Below are positions 19,916 through 26,698 of a stretch of 32,000 nt of DNA, piece by piece. A program made the position numbers and the translations under genes. The notes under the pieces were generated by a model, which was not told the DNA's origin, searched no databases, and saw nothing but the letters and a program-made list of their open reading frames with translations. This stretch comes from an uncultured archaeon (GTDB lineage Archaea > Asgardarchaeota > Thorarchaeia > Thorarchaeales > CAZPUN01), in assembly GCA_964589775.1 (NCBI GenBank), contig CAZPUN010000018.1:1-32000 (forward strand), given 5' to 3'. The stretch's first letter is position 1, and every line of letters begins with the position of its first letter.

Positions 19916-19951
19916 TTAGGTATATCCTTACTTAGTTAGGTACTACCTAAC
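19916..19951. promoter_or_regulatory. Tandem DtxR/MntR-type operators
   Basis: Perfect palindrome GTTAGGTA-C-TACCTAAC (19935-19951) and imperfect TTAGG-TATAT-CCTTA (19916-19930). TTAGG...CCTAA is the DtxR/IdeR/SirR box core. Confidence 0.8.
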
Positions 19952-19962
19952 GAGGGATAATA

Positions 19963-20397
19963 ATGAACGAAGAACTTTCTGATAGAGATGTTGAATATAT
20001 ACTTGCTATATATCAAATCGAAAAAGAGACCGACTGCGCAGTTGGGCCTAAAGCTATATCAGAAAGACTGAAAGTTTCAAGACCTACTGCTTTAGAGATG
20101 TTAAAACGTCTTGAACAGAGAAAAATAGTAAAATATTATCATAAAAAGGGGGCAAAACTCACCAGATATGGAAAGGACTTAGCATTACGAATAATAAGAA
20201 GACAGCGAATATTAGAGACTTTACTATATAATGAGTATAACTTATCTCAAGAGGAGATTCTTGAACATGCAGTAGCCTTGAGAAGTAAAATCAGCGACAA
20301 ATTGATTGATGTATTCTGTGGTCATATGGGCCATCCAAAATTTTGTCCTCATGGAGAGCCTATACCTCAAGGAAAAAATTGCTGTGTTAGGAGGTAG
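19963..20397 (+). CDS. DtxR/MntR-family transcriptional regulator (no FeoA domain)
   Basis: EYILAIY, HTH ISERLKVSRPTALEMLKRL, LTRYG, RRQRILE, CPHGEPIP. Confidence 0.9.
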   Translation: MNEELSDRDVEYILAIYQIEKETDCAVGPKAISERLKVSRPTALEMLKRLEQRKIVKYYHKKGAKLTRYGKDLALRIIRRQRILETLLYNEYNLSQEEILEHAVALRSKISDKLIDVFCGHMGHPKFCPHGEPIPQGKNCCVRR

Positions 20398-21423
20398 ATG
20401 AAAATGAATAGAAAAATTATTCCTGTGTTAATGTTAATGATTTTTATGCCTGCATTGATCGTACCTGTAAATGCACAAGGAACACCATTAAATATTGTTG
20501 CGACAAGCCAATCATTAGCTTCAATAGTTATGGAAATTACGGGAACACGTGACAATGTTACTTATATTTTGCCAGAAGGAACAGATGCTCACAGTTATTC
20601 CTTGACAATGCAAGACATACAAAAATTACAACAAGCAGATTTAGTAATAGTCGCAGATAGTGAAGATCTTTCATTAGAAGCGCAAATGTTAGAAAATACC
20701 GAAGGTATACCTCATCTCGATTTTATAAACTATACATCATACGGTGCGGAATTAATTTCAGTTCCAGGATTTGATAGAAATTACCATGGTTATTGGTTAG
20801 GAATTAAGAATGCACGAGCAATTGGAAGAGCTGTTTTTGATGCAGTAAAGACATTAGATCCTACAGCTATAACTTATTACCAATCACAACTTAATAATTT
20901 TGAAGACAGATTAACAAAATTAAGTAATATGTTAAATGATACTGCAAGTAAATATCAACTAACAGGTAAAAAAGCAGTCGCTGCCGTCCCAGGAGTTGCA
21001 TACGTATTAAATGATCTTGGCATAAAAACCGGAGTCTTACTCTTAAAAGGTCCAGGACAATTTGTAAGCACACAAGAGATTGCGGAGATTGAAGAAGGCG
21101 TTAAGAATGGGACATATTCAATAATTGCATGTGCAGAAGCTCTTGAACAAGCAAAAGCGGGAGATATATCTGAACAAATTTCGAGAGATACTGGAATTCC
21201 AGTAGCATATCTACGTATCTTTTCATTTGGAGATTTAGAAGACTATTTTGCACTTGAAACATACAATACAGCAACTGTTGTATCCATTTTTAGAATTGCT
21301 CAAAATAATGTGGAACAATCTGGCAATTTATTATATTATTATATGATAATAGGAATTCTAGGGATTACCACCTTTATTGAGTTAATTATAATTCTCAATT
21401 ATAGGAGGGAGGAAATAGATTGA
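20398..21423 (+). CDS. Zn/Mn ABC transporter substrate-binding protein (ZnuA/TroA family)
   Basis: Signal peptide (PVNA-Q), NIVAT, LPEGTDAHSY, ADLVI, HGYWL, C-terminal TM anchor. Confidence 0.85.
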   Translation: MKMNRKIIPVLMLMIFMPALIVPVNAQGTPLNIVATSQSLASIVMEITGTRDNVTYILPEGTDAHSYSLTMQDIQKLQQADLVIVADSEDLSLEAQMLENTEGIPHLDFINYTSYGAELISVPGFDRNYHGYWLGIKNARAIGRAVFDAVKTLDPTAITYYQSQLNNFEDRLTKLSNMLNDTASKYQLTGKKAVAAVPGVAYVLNDLGIKTGVLLLKGPGQFVSTQEIAEIEEGVKNGTYSIIACAEALEQAKAGDISEQISRDTGIPVAYLRIFSFGDLEDYFALETYNTATVVSIFRIAQNNVEQSGNLLYYYMIIGILGITTFIELIIILNYRREEID

Positions 21424-22202
21424 GCGAATTTTTAATTGAAACACATAATTTATCCGCAGGATATGAAGAAGAACCAGTTATTAAAGAAATAGATATAAAG
21501 GTCAAACATCCATCATTTTTAGCCATTATTGGTCCAAATGGGGCGGGTAAGAGTACTCTCATGAAAACTATGATTGGCCTTACAAAGGTTTTTGATGGCA
21601 CAATTAGAGTATTAGGATATGATCCCACAAAGGAACCGGATAAAATACGAAAATTAATAGGATATGTTCCGCAACGAGATAAAATTTCAACAAATATGCC
21701 GATTCGTGTAAAGGATGTTGTTTTGTTAGGCAGACTTGCAAGAAAAGGTTTTCTATCCTTAGCATCTAAGAAGGATATCAAAAAAGTCAAAGAATCTTTG
21801 GAGAAAGTAAATCTACTTCATCTCTACAACAAGCGATTTTCTACTCTTTCAATAGGTCAACAACAAAGGGTGCTAATTGCACGAGCCCTTGCACTTTCAC
21901 CGAAGGTTTTACTATTAGATGAACCGTTATCCGCAGTAGATGCACCTACTCAAAAAACTATCATAGACTTATTACACAATTTAGTTAAAGAAGGAATTTC
22001 AGTTGTAATGGTAACTCATGACATTAATCCATTAAGTGAATGCACGGATAGGATCATTCTGCTAAATAAAAAGATGTATGCATTTGGAACTATTACAGAT
22101 GTGTTAAATGAAGAAGTAATGGAAGCTGCCTATGGAGTTCCTGTACCAATTATCGTCAAGAAAGATAGATGCTACGCAATAATAGGTGATGCCCATGCTT
22201 GA
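21420..22202 (+). CDS. Zn/Mn ABC transporter ATPase (ZnuC family)
   Basis: GPNGAGKST, YVPQ, LSIGQQQR, LLLDEP, VTHD. Confidence 0.92.
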   Translation: MSEFLIETHNLSAGYEEEPVIKEIDIKVKHPSFLAIIGPNGAGKSTLMKTMIGLTKVFDGTIRVLGYDPTKEPDKIRKLIGYVPQRDKISTNMPIRVKDVVLLGRLARKGFLSLASKKDIKKVKESLEKVNLLHLYNKRFSTLSIGQQQRVLIARALALSPKVLLLDEPLSAVDAPTQKTIIDLLHNLVKEGISVVMVTHDINPLSECTDRIILLNKKMYAFGTITDVLNEEVMEAAYGVPVPIIVKKDRCYAIIGDAHA

Positions 22203-23013
22203 TATACTAACAAATCCATTTATAATCCGAGCAATTATCGCAATTATTCTGATAGCTGTAGTATCAAGTACGATGGGGAGCTTTACAGTATTTAGAGGAC
22301 AGACATTCATGACTGCAGGAGTTTCACATGCTGCACTTGCGGGAGCTTCGTTTGGTATCTTAATCCAGATGTACTACATACCGGATTTTGACCCAATGAT
22401 CGGTGCAGCTATATTTGCTATTCTAATGGCACTTGCAACAGCATACGCAAGCAAGCATGGAGATCCCAGAAAGACAGACGTAATGATAGGTGTGTCGTTT
22501 GGTATCGCAATGGGTCTCGCAGTATTACTGATATCTGCAATAAAAGAATATGCAGTTAGAGCATGGGGTCTACTTATGGGAGATCTTCTATTATTAACAG
22601 AAAAGGATATCCTACTATTGTTCATAACAACGGTTATCGTAGCATTTGCCACAGTAATACTATATACAAAATTCGTTCTTGTTTCGTTTGACCCAGAAGG
22701 AGCAGAAGCACATGGTATCAGGACAAATCTGTACAACAACATATTACTAATCTTAGTTGCACTTTCAATAATTGTGGTCTTAAAAGGAGTTGGAGCGCTA
22801 TTAGTATATGCACTTATGATAGGTCCGGGCGCAACAGCAAATGAAATTTTCAATTCAGTAATGTCAGTAATGATTGCTGCATTCCTAATAGCACTAATTG
22901 GAGGTATTTTGGGACTTATAATATCGTTCTATGTTCCAGTTTCACCAGGGGCAATAGCTGGAATCTTAACAACCGTAATATACTTCTTTGTAATTCCATT
23001 TTCGAAAAAATAA
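22195..23013 (+). CDS. Zn/Mn ABC transporter permease (ZnuB, ABC-3 family)
   Basis: GVSHAALAG, LMGDLL, SFDPEGAEAHG, VGALLV.AL; multiple TM segments. Start 22186-22195. Confidence 0.92.
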   Translation: MLDILTNPFIIRAIIAIILIAVVSSTMGSFTVFRGQTFMTAGVSHAALAGASFGILIQMYYIPDFDPMIGAAIFAILMALATAYASKHGDPRKTDVMIGVSFGIAMGLAVLLISAIKEYAVRAWGLLMGDLLLLTEKDILLLFITTVIVAFATVILYTKFVLVSFDPEGAEAHGIRTNLYNNILLILVALSIIVVLKGVGALLVYALMIGPGATANEIFNSVMSVMIAAFLIALIGGILGLIISFYVPVSPGAIAGILTTVIYFFVIPFSKK

Positions 23014-23031
23014 AGGAGAAAAAATCTCCTT
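23013..23031. terminator. Putative bidirectional terminator hairpin
   Basis: AAGGAGA-AAAAA-TCTCCTT with T-rich tracts following on both strands, between convergent stops. Confidence 0.6.
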
Positions 23032-24163
23032 ATTTTCTTTTTGAAAAATCAGAAATATCATACCCAAGAGCTTCAAGCCATTGACGCGTGTGTCCGAAAA
23101 TGAGTACAGGCTCATTTTTCAAGTCTGCAATAGTCTTATTTCCAGTTAAATACATAGCAACACGAAGCTCTTCCATAAATTGCTTGATTAACTGTTCAAC
23201 AGCTTTTAATCCACCATTTAAAGCCGCATTCAAGAAGGGAAGTGCTACACCAACATAATCTGCACCTAATGCAATGGCTTTAGCAGCATCCAAACCGCTA
23301 CGAATACCACCAGTTCCAATTATTTTTAGTTTATCTCCACCACATTTACGAGTTTCAATTATACTTACTGAAGTCGGAATCCCCCAATCCCAGAATGTCT
23401 CGCCAACTTTTGCTTTTAGTGAATCTTCATTACGCGAGCGATAAACCTCAACGCCAGACCAGCTGGTACCACCAGCACCACCAACGTCTATTCCGGCAAT
23501 TTTTGCTTTTACAAGAGCTGACGCAACTTTACAGGATATACCCGCACCGGTTTCTTTTGCAATGACCGGAATATTTACTTTCTTTACAAGATTCTCAATA
23601 GCAGCAAGCATACCTCTTGAATCTACATCACCTTCAGGCTGTACAGCTTCTTGTAATGGATTTAAATGAACAGCCAGAACATTTGCATCGATCATTTCTA
23701 TTGCTTTATTCGCAAAGTGAATGTGTGTAGCACCAATGTTACCAATGATAGGAATGTCTGGAGCAACATTTCGAACGACCTTAAAAGAATCCTGCACATC
23801 AGGATTTTCCACTCCAGCTCTTTGACTGCCTACACCCATCGGTATATTATATTTCTGTGCAGCTTTCGCTAAAATTTCATTGATTTTTGTCGTTTCAGGA
23901 TGACCACCAGTCATACCGGCAATAATAATAGGTGCAGAAACAGGATAGCCAAAAAATTCAGTTTCAAGTAGGATCGCATTCTTGTTTATTTCCGGCAAAG
24001 AATTATGTATAAATTCAATATCTGAAAATCCTGGAGATTTCTTAATAGCTTCAACATTTTCTTTTGCAGAAATTATTAAATGTTCGATTTTTCTCCGTGT
24101 GGTATCAGATTTATTGTTCTCAAGGTCATGCAATAATGATTTAGATGCATCAGTACCAGCCAT
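23030..24163 (-). CDS. fni: Type 2 isopentenyl-diphosphate delta-isomerase
   Basis: RKIEH, MTGG, GSQR, NIG, HLNPLQEAVQPEGD, KETGAG, GAGGTSW, WGIPT, GGIRSG. Confidence 0.96.
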   Translation of the reverse strand: MAGTDASKSLLHDLENNKSDTTRRKIEHLIISAKENVEAIKKSPGFSDIEFIHNSLPEINKNAILLETEFFGYPVSAPIIIAGMTGGHPETTKINEILAKAAQKYNIPMGVGSQRAGVENPDVQDSFKVVRNVAPDIPIIGNIGATHIHFANKAIEMIDANVLAVHLNPLQEAVQPEGDVDSRGMLAAIENLVKKVNIPVIAKETGAGISCKVASALVKAKIAGIDVGGAGGTSWSGVEVYRSRNEDSLKAKVGETFWDWGIPTSVSIIETRKCGGDKLKIIGTGGIRSGLDAAKAIALGADYVGVALPFLNAALNGGLKAVEQLIKQFMEELRVAMYLTGNKTIADLKNEPVLIFGHTRQWLEALGYDISDFSKRK

Positions 24164-24230
24164 AGTATATCAACTCGATTAAGAAAGTTAATTTAATTCG
24201 AGATTACAAAATAAAAAATAGAAAATAAAT

Positions 24231-25289
24231 TTATGGTTTCATCTGTGCCAATAAAGTTCGTAATCGGGGCTCTGCAAGCATAGCATTTTCAATCTGACAG
24301 ATCAGCTTTGTAGTAAGACCTTCAATAACACGGTCAACCTCGTCAGTCTTCTTGTCTTCTGCTTTCTTCAGATGCGATTCTGCCTTTTTCTGTAGCATCT
24401 TTAAAATTCGTTTTTCAAGGTCGGGTCCACCCCAATCAAAGCTTAGAAATTCACGGCGACTCTCTGAAATTATAGATTCAAGATTATATTTTGCATCATT
24501 AAGTAAAACAGATGCACTTTCAAAATATTTTGAAACAGCGCGCCTAACACGTTCCTCTTCAGTTGCACTTAGATATTTCTCTTCAGGACGTTTATGCTTT
24601 AATTCAATAAGTAAGCGCGCCCCAGGTGCTTCTGATAATAAAGATTTTACTATGGACATGATTGCCAAAGTTGGAATCTCAATAATTTTATCCATAAGCT
24701 CTGTTCGTGCAGTATATCGGTGTAGTTCTTTTATTGCTTCGCTCCAGAATAACGGAATTATTATGTGTGCCCTACGGGAATAATCATCAATCATTCGTTC
24801 GATATTAGCAACGTAACCGAATCGATCATTAATGTCTTTGGTGCGTTTAAACTCATCTTTTTCGGGCTCGGGAGGTGTTGTGGGAATTAAATCTAATAAA
24901 CCACTCTGAGGCGGATTAGATTGACCGGGAATAGGACCTGTAGGCACAGGAGCACTGCCTTCTATCATTCCTGTAGAAGTTGGTGTTGGCTTTGAAATTG
25001 GGTGTACCTTTGAAAGATTGACCAAGTCTGGTAATAATTGCTCAATTTGAGAGATTCGCTTTACAATTAATGAAAGAATATTTACTGTTGAGGATTTTAA
25101 TGATGAATTCAAAGACATTTCTTCCATCCAGGATCTAGCTCTTGCAAGGCCTTGCCTGAGGCTGTCTACTTTATCGGGATCTACTTCCTGACTCAGTTGG
25201 ATGTTGATTAAGAACTGAATTAGTGTGGCATTTAATGTTGAAACCATTAGCATTTTGTCAATTAGGTCCTCAACAGGATACTCACTCAT
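24231..25289 (-). CDS. Hypothetical two-domain helical protein with Pro-rich linker; third gene of the tubulin-like operon
   Basis: 352 aa; 8-bp overlap (ATGAGTGA) with the tubulin-like gene; SD AAGGAGTG; 13 Pro in residues 97-142. Confidence 0.85.
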   Translation of the reverse strand: MSEYPVEDLIDKMLMVSTLNATLIQFLINIQLSQEVDPDKVDSLRQGLARARSWMEEMSLNSSLKSSTVNILSLIVKRISQIEQLLPDLVNLSKVHPISKPTPTSTGMIEGSAPVPTGPIPGQSNPPQSGLLDLIPTTPPEPEKDEFKRTKDINDRFGYVANIERMIDDYSRRAHIIIPLFWSEAIKELHRYTARTELMDKIIEIPTLAIMSIVKSLLSEAPGARLLIELKHKRPEEKYLSATEEERVRRAVSKYFESASVLLNDAKYNLESIISESRREFLSFDWGGPDLEKRILKMLQKKAESHLKKAEDKKTDEVDRVIEGLTTKLICQIENAMLAEPRLRTLLAQMKP

Positions 25290-26679
25290 TTAGAGGCACT
25301 CCTTCTGTTTCAGCCATATAATAGCTAAACAATTCCTTTACGTCATTTATTGCATCCACAAGTTCTTTTCTGGGAACACCCTTGGAACGCATAAACCACG
25401 ATTGCTTCAATAAGGAAGGACCACTATGCAAATTAACTAACTGAGTTGCTTCATTTATAAGATGCGTCAATTCAGGAATCTTGGGTAGACCAAGAAGTGC
25501 CATAAATGTAGTAGGATGCTCCTCATCCTGATACTGAACATAACAAGGTGTTATTGCTGCACCCGGAGAAAGATATGGCTTCAACGCATCCTTAATATAA
25601 GGACCATATTCCGCACGAGCAACGTTCTTGTGTCCGGAGAATACGTAGAATACACTCTCAGCACTAGGATTATCACCAACATCAGCATAAGAACATTCTT
25701 TAATTGTGTAATCGACCATCGTAGAAATTTGCTTTGGCATACTACCTGCATCAGGAATAAGCCCTACATCATCATACAGTGCAGGAACCACAACAGGATC
25801 TAACCTACGCGAATAATCTGCAAGATCGGTATTCGGAAAGACATCTTTTCCGGGCTCATAAATTCCTGGGTTTAACATATGATCTACTGCTTTAAGAGCC
25901 AATGGGTTTACCAACTCGACGAAAGCTTGCTCCGTACGAAGATCCATTTCAGATTGTGAATCAATTGTAGACGGAACCATCTTTTCAACTTGAGAAACAT
26001 CTGCAATGTCTACATTCAATTCACGATGTAGAAATTCAATTGTTTCTCCACTTCGCCATGCAAGAACACGTTTTAGCATAGTTCGGTTACTTAACAGGAC
26101 CAATAGATCTGCGCCTCTATCTTGCAATTGGGCTCGCAGTAATTTTGAGATCGCCCAAATAGAGTTTAATGCTTCGCTGGATTGCCCCTCAAACGGCAAA
26201 ACGCCCATCACATAAACGAAAATCCTACGGTGTTCTTCTTCTTGAAAGCGTTGTTTCAATAATTCAATAAGAGCAGGAGTACCACCACAACCAGTACCAC
26301 CGCCCAGTGATGTGAAGATTACAAATCCAGATACACCTTCGAACCCTAGAGATCTTAATTGGTCTAAAATAATGTCCTTTGAATCAAGTACATATTGGTA
26401 ACCGTCCATGAAACGGCCACCGACACCTATATCACTGGAACCATATAGTAATGTATTTTCCTTTGGGATGCCATATTTCTTTCGAACTTTCAACAAGTCA
26501 GACCTATCAGTGTTAATTAACAGATACCCTCTAATTCGTTTGGGAAGGGATTTCTCTCTTGCCTGTGCAAGATACGAACCTACTAAGTTTGAACCGGCTT
26601 CTCCAATTCCAATAGCAAAAACTTCTGCAGTCCTACTTAATTCATCGTCAGCTCGTTCTTTTCCAAATAAATGTGACAT
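25282..26679 (-). CDS. Divergent tubulin/FtsZ-superfamily GTPase with tubulin-like C-terminal helices
   Basis: T1 GIGEAG, T2 INTDRSDL, T3 GVGG, T4 SLGGGTGCG, LPF.G...EALNS, LLSN, H7 AF...VN, T7 NTDLAD, C-terminal WF...GV...EL.DA...V.EL.S.Y. Confidence 0.9.
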   Translation of the reverse strand: MSHLFGKERADDELSRTAEVFAIGIGEAGSNLVGSYLAQAREKSLPKRIRGYLLINTDRSDLLKVRKKYGIPKENTLLYGSSDIGVGGRFMDGYQYVLDSKDIILDQLRSLGFEGVSGFVIFTSLGGGTGCGGTPALIELLKQRFQEEEHRRIFVYVMGVLPFEGQSSEALNSIWAISKLLRAQLQDRGADLLVLLSNRTMLKRVLAWRSGETIEFLHRELNVDIADVSQVEKMVPSTIDSQSEMDLRTEQAFVELVNPLALKAVDHMLNPGIYEPGKDVFPNTDLADYSRRLDPVVVPALYDDVGLIPDAGSMPKQISTMVDYTIKECSYADVGDNPSAESVFYVFSGHKNVARAEYGPYIKDALKPYLSPGAAITPCYVQYQDEEHPTTFMALLGLPKIPELTHLINEATQLVNLHSGPSLLKQSWFMRSKGVPRKELVDAINDVKELFSYYMAETEGVPLNE

Positions 26680-26698
26680 TGCATCTATCCCTCAAAGT

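Noticed and set aside
24888-24899. Clathrin-box-like LLDL in the Pro-rich linker
   Set aside because: It lacks the terminal acidic residue (LLDLI) and is too short to be significant.
25282-26679. Calling the GTPase ftsZ or cetZ
   Set aside because: It lacks the FtsZ T1 GxGGxG and FEGxxR motifs and the CetZ-type T7 (VDxSE), and it has an H12-like helix. No gene symbol assigned.
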